From a virus (Duplodnaviria > Caudoviricetes): a stretch of 64,000 bases of DNA. Of this stretch, positions 55,438 to 64,000 are shown one piece after another; the first letter of the stretch is position 1, and each line of letters begins with the position of its first letter. The stretch lies in IMG/VR virus record IMGVR_UViG_3300021387_000688. The stretch is one strand, 5' to 3'. The notes beneath the pieces were generated by a model. The model did no database searches, was not told the DNA's origin, and was given only the letters and a program-made list of their open reading frames with translations. Both the position numbers and the translations under genes were made by a program.

Positions 55438-56007
55438 TTATTCTACTACAATTTTACAATCTGGCATACCCAATTCATCGCAAAGTTCATTGTATTGATT
55501 CATATATTCCATAATTGCATCGTAATAAATTCTTGTATGTTCACAGATTGGGTTTGTAGTGAAAGGCTTTAATTGTTCAAGAGCTTCTTTCACTGAAGAA
55601 TATCCAGTTGCTTCCCAAACACAGTTATCATATCCTTCCAAAGTTGCATATAAAGCATCCCCCGGTCCTTCAATCTTTGAACCATAATTTCCACGAGCTT
55701 CAGGGTCGTTCAAATAACTTTCGTAAACATTTTTAGCATCTTCTGTAGCAGGGTTTCCATCTTCATCTACTAAAAATTCACTCAAGTCATTGACTTCGAT
55801 ATCGTAAATGTTTCTATTTTGTTGATATAATTTATCCAACTCTTCTTCATGGTTGACATATTCAAGTTCTGTCATTCCATGATACTTTGCCATATCTTTT
55901 ACGTAACGGGCTCTTTCTGGATTTTTATAAGAAAGAGATTTGTCGTCGTAAAGATAATCGTATCCTCCGGATTCTATATTTCTTAAAGTATCTTCAATAT
56001 TATCCAT
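55438..56007 (-). CDS. acidic hypothetical protein
   Basis: SD AGGAG. Confidence 0.7.
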   Translation of the reverse strand: MDNIEDTLRNIESGGYDYLYDDKSLSYKNPERARYVKDMAKYHGMTELEYVNHEEELDKLYQQNRNIYDIEVNDLSEFLVDEDGNPATEDAKNVYESYLNDPEARGNYGSKIEGPGDALYATLEGYDNCVWEATGYSSVKEALEQLKPFTTNPICEHTRIYYDAIMEYMNQYNELCDELGMPDCKIVVE

Positions 56008-56055
56008 ATTATTCTCCTAAGACTATATATTTAATATAGTCTTTTTGAGGTAGTT

Positions 56056-57090
56056 ATGAAATTAAGTTGGATAGAATTAATAGGATTAACTTCAAGATTT
56101 TTAGAAGATAATACATTAAATTTTGAAGTAAATGGCAAAGAAATAAAAATGAAATGCGGGAGTCGTAGTACGGCCCTCAATGATAATAGCCGCATCGTTC
56201 TTTTTATAAATGGAAGAAAAAACGTATTCGATGCGTTAAGCTTCGGCCATTCAGAAGCTCCAAATGAATTCTATTTTCCTAGACAATATAGTGATTTAGA
56301 TTTGGACAAGACTTTTATGAAAATGTATGATTGGCCAACACCTTCAGATTATGACATAAATGCAGAATATGACTACAATGAAGATGATGAACATAGAAAA
56401 TGTAGATATTTTTACGAAGAAGCTATAAATCAATTCGTACATAGGAAACTAGAAAAAATAAAAGTTGATGTACCTAACACCGAATTATATAAATTGCTCC
56501 CTAGAGAATTTTATGAAATAGAAGATTACGATCTTAACGATTTTATGAAAGATTACAAAGAACTTATAAGAAATTCGTATGAACCTGGTTGGGTAGATGA
56601 TATAAAAGATGCCCATAAAAGACAAATGAAGGATTTTGAAAATACCTGGCAAAACATGAGGACTGGTAAATTAGATGTAAATGACTTGGTAGACAAATAT
56701 GGAGATAGTATAATTGACGTACTTACAAGAGGTGATTCAAATGAATCTACAGAACAGTTGGAACAAGTTATTGAAGATAAAGGGGCCAGCTATTGGGAAG
56801 AAATTGAATTTGTAATGCAACAAGAAACTGAAGCTATTGCAAAATACTTAAAAAGATTCTTTAAAGAGAAGGGAATAGATAATTGGGAGGATTTGTCAAA
56901 ATTGATTTTAGAGGACCCTTCATCTGGTAAAGAAGATTACGGTCCTTCATTATACAGATTCCTGACAGAGGAATTTGTGGAATCTAAATATTACAGAAGA
57001 TTAATAGATGACATTGCTGATGATGTAGCCGATGGTTTTATAGAACTTAAAGGAGCTTCTAGATCATCAGATAATGAAGACGAGGAGTAA
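56056..57090 (+). CDS. hypothetical protein, paralog family A member 1
   Basis: LLPREFYEIEDYDLNDFM motif. Confidence 0.75.
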   Translation: MKLSWIELIGLTSRFLEDNTLNFEVNGKEIKMKCGSRSTALNDNSRIVLFINGRKNVFDALSFGHSEAPNEFYFPRQYSDLDLDKTFMKMYDWPTPSDYDINAEYDYNEDDEHRKCRYFYEEAINQFVHRKLEKIKVDVPNTELYKLLPREFYEIEDYDLNDFMKDYKELIRNSYEPGWVDDIKDAHKRQMKDFENTWQNMRTGKLDVNDLVDKYGDSIIDVLTRGDSNESTEQLEQVIEDKGASYWEEIEFVMQQETEAIAKYLKRFFKEKGIDNWEDLSKLILEDPSSGKEDYGPSLYRFLTEEFVESKYYRRLIDDIADDVADGFIELKGASRSSDNEDEE

Positions 57091-57093
57091 TAA

Positions 57094-58266
57094 ATGGAAC
57101 TTAGATTAAGTGAATTACTACAATGTATGTATATTGCAGCTTTTGATAAACGCCGAGATATGAATGACAGTGATAACGGTGTTGAAGATCCTACTATAGA
57201 ATTCGCAACCTCTTTTAATTGGAATGGTAAAAAAGGTAAATTGACTTTTATAGATGGTTATCTGGACTACTCCGGTTTCTATTGTAAAATGGAAATTGAT
57301 AATAAAATTATAGTATTTCCTTTAATGATTTTGCAATATAAGTACAGATTTAGGATACCTGTAGATGTAACCATGTCCCAAGAAGGTATGGCCGATAGTG
57401 ATGATTACTCATTTCCATTGGCAGTTTATTTAATGTTAACAGGTGTATTTACTGCAGAAGAAATAAAAAATAAAATCGTGTTTACAGAGCCTTTTGAAGG
57501 GGCAACATCTGTAAAAGTTTCTAACAAAGATGGTCATTTGTCAAAGATTATGATAAATGCAGATTTTGAAGACGAAGAGTGGGCAAAACAATTACAACCT
57601 ATTGTAATGCGTAATAATAAACCTATGGCAGAACTTTATGAAATTGCTAAACACTTAGATAGCCTTTATGAGTTTTTGAATTCCTCAAAATTAGAAGTAA
57701 ATAAGCATGATTGCTATGATTTGCTACCTAGGGATTTGTATCTGATAGATGATTATTCTTTTGAAGAATATATTTCTTCCGGGGATTATTTAACAATAAC
57801 AGACCCTATAGAAAAAACTGATTTAGGGCAGGCAGAAAAAGAGCGTCAAAGTGCAATTGACCGTATAGATAAGGAATCCAAATTCCAACATTACAAAAAG
57901 GAAGGAGAAGTTTCTGCAAAAGAATTGTTAACTCATTATAGGCATCAAACTTTAACTTATATTGATGAGGAATTAGAAGAAAACGAGGAAGTTCGTGAAA
58001 GGCTAGAAGTTCTTTCAGATGAATTGGGTGAAACTACAGAAGATATTATTCCTTATTTATTTAAAGACTTCTGGGATGAAGTAGAAAAGTATTTACAGAA
58101 AGATTTGAAAAAATTCCCTTACCAAGAGGACTCAAATAGTTACTTAACTAAAAAAATAGAAAATTACCTAAATTATTTAAAAGATCATGCCAAAAGGTTT
58201 AATGTTTATATAGAAGATTTAGAGGACGCTATATTAGAGTTGGATATGGATGACATTGTAGAATAG
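57094..58266 (+). CDS. hypothetical protein, paralog family A member 2
   Basis: LLPRDLYLIDDYSFEEYI motif. Confidence 0.75.
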   Translation: MELRLSELLQCMYIAAFDKRRDMNDSDNGVEDPTIEFATSFNWNGKKGKLTFIDGYLDYSGFYCKMEIDNKIIVFPLMILQYKYRFRIPVDVTMSQEGMADSDDYSFPLAVYLMLTGVFTAEEIKNKIVFTEPFEGATSVKVSNKDGHLSKIMINADFEDEEWAKQLQPIVMRNNKPMAELYEIAKHLDSLYEFLNSSKLEVNKHDCYDLLPRDLYLIDDYSFEEYISSGDYLTITDPIEKTDLGQAEKERQSAIDRIDKESKFQHYKKEGEVSAKELLTHYRHQTLTYIDEELEENEEVRERLEVLSDELGETTEDIIPYLFKDFWDEVEKYLQKDLKKFPYQEDSNSYLTKKIENYLNYLKDHAKRFNVYIEDLEDAILELDMDDIVE

Positions 58267-58292
58267 GATGACTATTTATTTAATATCAAAGG

Positions 58293-59858
58293 ATGAGGAA
58301 TAAGATGAAAAATAAATTACTTGAAGCTAGGAAGATACTTAAAGCCTCCGATGCTACAGAATTGTTAAACAATGGTAAGTTGGCAGGAATGATTGGAGGT
58401 AGAAAGTTTATACCTCAATGGGTTTGGGATGATCCAAAACATTTTGAAAACTTGGTAGATGCCACATTGACCTTAATAGGTTCTGGGCAAAATGTTGCAA
58501 CAGATGAAACCATTAAATACTTAATGAAGTGTTCTATGAATGATGTAAGTGTTTGGGAAAAAGCTATTACAGAATCCCCAGATACTGTCGTTTATTTATC
58601 TACAGCCTTTTTAAGCAAATGGATTCAGGAAGGAGAATGGGCAACTAAATTGAATAATTTGGCTGCCGAACCTGAATACAATCAAGGTGCTTGGCATAAT
58701 TTGGAAAAAGATTTACAAGATAAAATAGAGGCCGTTCAACAAAGACGTGGTAAAAAGTTTACCACTAGTGACAATACTTTATTTACTACTTTATATGATG
58801 ATGGTACATGGAAGCTATGCATTCCTAAATCCCAAAGAGGTGATTCTGAATTAGCTTCCCATATTCAACCATTCAAATACATGGGCAAGACATTTACCAA
58901 AACAAGGTGGTGTACAGCTGCAGGTAATAACTTCTACAACAGTTATTCAAAAGATGGTAATAAGTATTATGTAATTCAATATTATAAGAACGGTGTATAC
59001 ACGGATGCTTGGCAGATCGCTTTTGACAGTGCAAGCCATGTAGAATTTATGGATAAATACGATCTACCTGAATATAGAAAAATGTTGGAAGTTGCTCCAA
59101 AAGAAATGTTACAGATGATCACGGTAGATAACCCTAACAGTGAATTGTTTGGAATAAATATTGACGCCTTAGCTCAAGGGTATACTAAAATTAATCCAAC
59201 ATGGGAGAAATTAAATTTGAGGGAATTTGATGAAGCCCCTTGGATTGCTTTTCCTCAATACTACGCGTTCGTAGACGGAATGATTATAGAAAAGAAGAGC
59301 GGTACAATTATGGCAGTTGAAAAGGATGAGATGAAAGAAAGTATTACAATTCCTAAATACGTAAAAGCTGTTAAGAGTGCATCACTTTTCTATAAGACAG
59401 GTATAAAGGAAGTAACTTTTGAAGTTGGTTGTGAAGTAGTCCCAGCCGAAATGTTTGTATTCAATTCTACTTTGGAATTGGTAGTACTTCCTAATACTAT
59501 AAAAAGAATTGGGGAATCTGCATTTAGAAAATGTTCTAACCTTGTAGATATTGCACTCCCTCCTTCTTTGAAAACAATAGGTGAAGAAGCTTTCGCAAGA
59601 ACTGGCTTGCAGTCTGTGCAACTTCCAGAAGGTTTGGAGCAAGTAGAAGACTTAGCATTTAGAAAATGCAATGATTTGGAAGTAGTAACTTTACCAGATT
59701 CTTTACAGTTTGTAGGAGATGAAGTTTTCGAAGATTGTACAGAATTAAAAACTGTAAATCTTAGTAGTGTAGATAATATTTCATGGGGTGAAGATGTTTT
59801 CATGGGTTGTGAAAGTTTACAAACTCCTGAAATTGTAAATAAGTTTGAAATTGAATAG
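58293..59858 (+). CDS. WCT-motif domain plus BspA-type leucine-rich repeat (LRR_5) protein
   Basis: TRWCTAA; repeats LP..L..IG..AF..C..L..V.; N-terminal KLLE-A. Confidence 0.85.
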   Translation: MRNKMKNKLLEARKILKASDATELLNNGKLAGMIGGRKFIPQWVWDDPKHFENLVDATLTLIGSGQNVATDETIKYLMKCSMNDVSVWEKAITESPDTVVYLSTAFLSKWIQEGEWATKLNNLAAEPEYNQGAWHNLEKDLQDKIEAVQQRRGKKFTTSDNTLFTTLYDDGTWKLCIPKSQRGDSELASHIQPFKYMGKTFTKTRWCTAAGNNFYNSYSKDGNKYYVIQYYKNGVYTDAWQIAFDSASHVEFMDKYDLPEYRKMLEVAPKEMLQMITVDNPNSELFGINIDALAQGYTKINPTWEKLNLREFDEAPWIAFPQYYAFVDGMIIEKKSGTIMAVEKDEMKESITIPKYVKAVKSASLFYKTGIKEVTFEVGCEVVPAEMFVFNSTLELVVLPNTIKRIGESAFRKCSNLVDIALPPSLKTIGEEAFARTGLQSVQLPEGLEQVEDLAFRKCNDLEVVTLPDSLQFVGDEVFEDCTELKTVNLSSVDNISWGEDVFMGCESLQTPEIVNKFEIE

Positions 59859-59869
59859 AGAGGTAAGTT

Positions 59870-60550
59870 ATGAGAAAAACTAGAAAAGAAGATTTGATGG
59901 AAGGGGAATGCGCTTGTGGAGAAGTAAGTTGTACTTCTACAGAATGTCAAGCTATGGCTCCTGCCAAAGTAGTTTCTCCTGCTTATTACTCAGGTAATAA
60001 AAAGAAGGCTTTAGGAAAGAAAGATAAATACAATAAATTGGGAGAAAAAAATCTTAAAGAATGGAGAGCAAGTTCTGCCGCAGAAGGTTTAGGTTGGGTT
60101 GATTCTGAATTGGATACTATAGAAACAAACCTTAGCGTGTTGGAGGATTTTATTGGAGCAGTTTGCGATCCTAATGATGAAATCTTCAACAATATAAGTG
60201 CAATACATTCTTCTATTAATTATATTCGCAGTGATTGTATCAACTTCAAGGAAAGTGTAAACCTTAAAGAAAATGGAGAAGTTCAGTCTGGTTCATTAAA
60301 AGGAACAGATCCTGAATTTTGGGAATTCCTTCAAATGACTTTTAATAGAGAAGAAGACCCCTATATGGGCTCTTATGATGACCTTGTTGAAGCAGTAGAA
60401 AGTTTCAAACAGGATTGGATCAATGAAGGATCAGGAAACTCACGAGTTTTAAGATATACTGCAAATAAATGGTTGGCAACGGAAGGTAGATCTCTTTGCA
60501 GCGAGGAATTATTGCAAAGAGAATATAACGATTATTATTCAGTAAACTAA
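59870..60550 (+). CDS. hypothetical protein (possible head-internal polyprotein)
   Basis: LME-G, LKE-W, FKE-S, LKE-N linkers. Confidence 0.65.
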   Translation: MRKTRKEDLMEGECACGEVSCTSTECQAMAPAKVVSPAYYSGNKKKALGKKDKYNKLGEKNLKEWRASSAAEGLGWVDSELDTIETNLSVLEDFIGAVCDPNDEIFNNISAIHSSINYIRSDCINFKESVNLKENGEVQSGSLKGTDPEFWEFLQMTFNREEDPYMGSYDDLVEAVESFKQDWINEGSGNSRVLRYTANKWLATEGRSLCSEELLQREYNDYYSVN

Positions 60551-60558
60551 GGATTCAT

Positions 60559-61773
60559 ATGAAAATTAAATTATTATATTTACCTATTGTAGTTGAAAAT
60601 TACGAAGAGGATTTAAGATCTACTGCAAAGCAGCCAGGTGATGACTTGCGAAGTAGATTGAATAGTCTACGTATAGAAATGCCTTTTACTTATAAGGGGC
60701 ATGAAGGTTCTTTAATTTACGATAGGGGCCGTCCAGCCGAATTGCATAACAGCCTTGAGAAGCTATTTTACACTCTTAAGATAGATTCTCATTTTATTAA
60801 TTTACCTTCTTTGGTAAAACCGAAACGCCGTTTTGATAAAATGGTAGATGTAGAGGTTGATACAAGGGACACAATATGTTGTAGTGCAATATTTGCATTA
60901 GGAATTTGGTTAGACAGTCTTGGCTTATTACCTCTTGGCGATAAAATAGAAACAAATCATCCTAATGCACAAGGACTTCTTCCAAACGGTAAGGCACTTG
61001 CAATAAGTAAAAAGGGAGAAGAAATTTCTAAAATAACATTACCGGTAGATTCGAAAGATAGGTATTGGGGCGTTGAATTAATAGATTTCTTGCTAGAGGA
61101 TTCCCATTACAGAGCATTGGATTTAAGACAACATCCAGAACTCTTTCAACCAATTGCAGATTTCTTAAATAATTTTATAGTGGAAATAAATGAAAGAGAT
61201 TACAATAATTTAATTCCTAGAGAACTTTACGTTATAGATGACTACGATTTCAAAGAATACATTGAGTCTAAAGATTTCTTTGACTTGCAAGTATCTGATA
61301 CTGTATATGCAGATAGTAGAGATATAAGCGCTATAAAAAGGGATTATAAATCTCAAATAGACCGAATGGATAAATATAATTCGCACCGCAGTAAAAATAG
61401 AGAAGGTGTAGTTACGGCAGAGGAATTAATACACGACAATTTAGAAAGTATCGAAGATTATATAAGTTCTGCGTTTAGAAAGGATTTTGAGGAAAAATAT
61501 CAGGTATTGTTCAAAGGGGAAAACCCTGAAGATGCACTAGAAAACTTTTTCGGGGACAAAATTGTAAATACTATATTAAAAGTGGACTCCGATTTTTGGG
61601 AAGAGGCTGAAAAAGCTTTGCAAAAAGATTTAGACAAAAATCCTTATTCTGCAAAATTAGAGTATAGTGATAACATAAAAGATTACCTTAAGGTAGCTAA
61701 AAGGTTTAATCATCTTGTACAAGATACTTGGGATGATTTAATAGATGTATACTACGAGCAACAAAATGAATAG
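60559..61773 (+). CDS. hypothetical protein, paralog family A member 3
   Basis: LIPRELYVIDDYDFKEYI motif. Confidence 0.75.
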   Translation: MKIKLLYLPIVVENYEEDLRSTAKQPGDDLRSRLNSLRIEMPFTYKGHEGSLIYDRGRPAELHNSLEKLFYTLKIDSHFINLPSLVKPKRRFDKMVDVEVDTRDTICCSAIFALGIWLDSLGLLPLGDKIETNHPNAQGLLPNGKALAISKKGEEISKITLPVDSKDRYWGVELIDFLLEDSHYRALDLRQHPELFQPIADFLNNFIVEINERDYNNLIPRELYVIDDYDFKEYIESKDFFDLQVSDTVYADSRDISAIKRDYKSQIDRMDKYNSHRSKNREGVVTAEELIHDNLESIEDYISSAFRKDFEEKYQVLFKGENPEDALENFFGDKIVNTILKVDSDFWEEAEKALQKDLDKNPYSAKLEYSDNIKDYLKVAKRFNHLVQDTWDDLIDVYYEQQNE

Positions 61774-61794
61774 GGGATTATAAAAATGGGTAAT

Positions 61795-61823
61795 AAAAAA
61801 GGCTCCTTTTTAGGAGCCTTTTA
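61795..61823. terminator. bidirectional terminator
   Basis: AAAAAAGGCTCC-TTTTTA-GGAGCCTTTT. Confidence 0.85.
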
Positions 61824-61839
61824 TTTTACCTTAATTGAA

Positions 61840-62751
61840 TTACATGTCAAGATCAAGTGGATGAATATTGTTGTCCTTTACATAAGCTTCAATTTCTTCC
61901 TGAGTGTTAAACTCTTTAGTCAGTTTTGCACTGTTTAAGAGATATCTTGGTTCTCTTGTGATTCCCATATAATCTCTTCTTGAGAAAAGCCAGTTACGTG
62001 CATTCAACTTACGTTTTGCGGCTTTTGCATCAAATGCAGTTGTCCACCAGTAAGCTATTCTTCCATCATCGTAAGAAACCATTGTACCGAGATAATACTT
62101 TTTAGTTACACGAGCCACTGTATCTTCAAGAGGAGGAAGTGCAGGTTCTTCAAGAGCCTTCATATATTCTTTATTTTCTTTTGTCCACTTATTGATCTGC
62201 TGCTGATATCTTTTCAACTGCCAAGCGCGATCATACCATTCATGATTTTTATCTTCGCCGTTAATCCAACTTTCACGTTCAGCAATCTGTTTGTTGTTTT
62301 CTTCGATCCAATCCCCGAGTTTTGCAATGGCTTCATCGAAGATACCTTCCCAATCAGTTTTTGGAAAATATTCTTTGAAAGCTGCAATAATTGTGTCGGC
62401 AAGTTCTGCTCTTGTAACACCTTCTTTGAAATGATTTTCTCCAGAATTGAATCTTGTTACAGTCCAAGTTGGACCCTGATAAATTTTATTGTTTTCATCA
62501 TCGATCCAAATTTCTACACCATCTCCTGATCCGTAGTAAGTACGAATCCAGATATTGTCGTCCTGCACTTCTGCATAAGGATAAGTTGAATCATAAGTAC
62601 TGCAAGCATAAAAAGCCGGTGTACGATAAACTTTCTTATCCTTTTTATGACCGCAACGAATTGGGAAATGTTTAGCTGTAAGTTCACGAGCAAGGTCGCT
62701 CTTAAACTTCCAATAAGGGTCTTCTGGGAATTGATATTTTGGTTTAGCCAT
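61840..62751 (-). CDS. hypothetical protein
   Basis: 303-aa ORF, SD GGAAGG. Confidence 0.75.
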   Translation of the reverse strand: MAKPKYQFPEDPYWKFKSDLARELTAKHFPIRCGHKKDKKVYRTPAFYACSTYDSTYPYAEVQDDNIWIRTYYGSGDGVEIWIDDENNKIYQGPTWTVTRFNSGENHFKEGVTRAELADTIIAAFKEYFPKTDWEGIFDEAIAKLGDWIEENNKQIAERESWINGEDKNHEWYDRAWQLKRYQQQINKWTKENKEYMKALEEPALPPLEDTVARVTKKYYLGTMVSYDDGRIAYWWTTAFDAKAAKRKLNARNWLFSRRDYMGITREPRYLLNSAKLTKEFNTQEEIEAYVKDNNIHPLDLDM

Positions 62752-62786
62752 TTATTTGTACCTTCCGTAATTTAATTTACAATAAT

Positions 62787-62819
62787 AATATAGCTAAACC
62801 CGGAAAGGACTTTTTCTAA
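62787..62819 (-). promoter_or_regulatory. GAAA-N20-TATATT class promoter
   Basis: TTAGAAA-aagtcctTTCCGGgtttagC-TATATT. Confidence 0.6.
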
Positions 62820-63289
62820 AATCCATGAATATCTATAGCATATTCTGTAAAAGGTCTTCTATTATTACCTTCTGCTTTCTTTTCACAAGCACTACAAACA
62901 AGGTAATCACAAGTACCCACATTCGACCACATTCTTCTTAATTCATAATGAGAATGGAATATTTCCCCTTGGTATCCAAAATTCTTGAAATTAAAAAATT
63001 GAAGCGGATGTTGCTCTCTTTCGTGTTTTTCAACCCACTTGTTTAAAGTCTCAACATCTTCCTTAGTTAATTTGATGCCATCATCTACAGTAAAAGTTAC
63101 AGAAGGCTTAGCATTCTCATAATCCGATTTCAATACCCCTTCTTTTTCCTTTTGAAGATCGTCTAACTTCTTTTTACAGCTTTCAATGAATTCCTTATCC
63201 TCTTCAATTTCTGATTCGGCGTCGGCAATATCACTACGGATTCTATGTTCCTTTTCACTGTAGTATTTTTCAATTAATTGGGCATCCAT
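62816..63289 (-). CDS. hypothetical coiled-coil protein
   Basis: Start refined to ATG 63289 (TAATG coupling with upstream gene). Confidence 0.65.
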   Translation of the reverse strand: MDAQLIEKYYSEKEHRIRSDIADAESEIEEDKEFIESCKKKLDDLQKEKEGVLKSDYENAKPSVTFTVDDGIKLTKEDVETLNKWVEKHEREQHPLQFFNFKNFGYQGEIFHSHYELRRMWSNVGTCDYLVCSACEKKAEGNNRRPFTEYAIDIHGF

Positions 63290-63612
63290 TACTTTGTCCT
63301 CGCTGCTAATTCCTTCTTGTAATGATCCATAGGTACACCGTAAACTACATAACAATCATCTTTATTCAATGTTTCCGGTCCCTTATATTTCTTAATCATC
63401 TTTCCATAAGTCTTAAGACCGAAATGGAACTTAGGTACATCTTCTTCACCTACCAATTCTACCAACTTATCCAAAACCTCTTCCGCTTTAGAATTTTTAG
63501 TAGTATTGGTTTCAATGTAGAAACCTGCGCCTGGAAGGTCAACCCAATTGTTAGTATAACCTACACAATCAAACTTTTCAATCTCCGAAAAAATAGTTGG
63601 ATAACTCTTCAT
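63289..63612 (-). CDS. hypothetical protein
   Basis: SD AAGGAG. Confidence 0.7.
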   Translation of the reverse strand: MKSYPTIFSEIEKFDCVGYTNNWVDLPGAGFYIETNTTKNSKAEEVLDKLVELVGEEDVPKFHFGLKTYGKMIKKYKGPETLNKDDCYVVYGVPMDHYKKELAARTK

Positions 63613-63622
63613 AATCTACTCC

Positions 63623-63919
63623 TTAAACTTGGCCATCCCACCACCCCATTTTAGAATCCTTTCGATGGCATGCACCAGCAGGCAATTCTCTGCCGAGTTT
63701 TCTTAATCCATTACAATATAGAATTTGATCATAAACTACTTGCATTGCAGTCTTACGATCTTTGGCCTTAGATAATCTTTTCATCATAACTCCTGTGCAA
63801 GGATCTCTAAACAAACCTTCCTTTTTAAGAAGATCTATTAAATCTCTAAAGAAATGTTTATCGTTAACATGAGCTTCTAATACTTTGCCTAACTTCTCTT
63901 CTTGCGGGGTTATCTTCAA
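63623..63919 (-). CDS. hypothetical protein
   Basis: TTG start, SD AAGGAG. Confidence 0.65.
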   Translation of the reverse strand: MKITPQEEKLGKVLEAHVNDKHFFRDLIDLLKKEGLFRDPCTGVMMKRLSKAKDRKTAMQVVYDQILYCNGLRKLGRELPAGACHRKDSKMGWWDGQV

Positions 63920-64000
63920 ATTACCTACTCCTTCTATTAAAGTATAGCCTTTTAAGATTGTGAAAATAACTAAATATAAATATGATTATACCAGAGAATA

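Noticed and set aside
1-64000. Stop-codon reassignment (code 15 or 4) as in some gut jumbo phages
   Set aside because: Long genes are intact in the standard code, and TAG/TGA end genes at sensible boundaries (e.g. 6077, 9608, 58266, 47599)

Overview
AT-rich segment of a large (jumbo-type, T4-superfamily-like) myovirus genome in the standard genetic code, with genes on both strands separated by bidirectional hairpin terminators. The left half holds virion genes (neck, tail-tube-like, tail sheath, baseplate hub, two giant fibre/baseplate proteins, LRR-tipped fibre), an AAA ATPase and Hsp20. The centre is a replication block (DnaX-like clamp loader, gp32-like SSB, DnaC-like loader, DnaB-like helicase, SNF2 helicase). 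It is followed by a late-promoter operon encoding a DUF6267-type ligase-fold protein and a nuclease-like/HIGH-nucleotidyltransferase fusion, an HNH protein, a non-canonical tRNA-like RNA plus a second structured RNA, and a Stealth/GT2/GT2/CmpB glycosylation cluster. The right part holds many small accessory genes, RtcB, a three-member paralog family and a BspA-LRR protein. AGGAG Shine-Dalgarno sites and TpLRR/BspA domains suggest a gut or rumen anaerobe host such as a Treponema-like spirochaete or a Firmicute (inference only). The most notable undescribed-looking items are: (1) a probable capsid-packaged cargo set punctuated by prohead-protease-type (L/I)xE sites, centred on the ligase-fold plus nuclease-NTase pair, which has an internal restart; (2) a late-promoter-preceded tRNA mimic with a scrambled anticodon arm and an adjacent pseudoknot-capable RNA; (3) three promoter-like classes, including GAAA-N20-KATATT with invariant spacing, and pervasive leaderless starts; (4) a late-expressed Stealth/GT cluster. 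All family calls come from motif recognition by eye; no database search was run.
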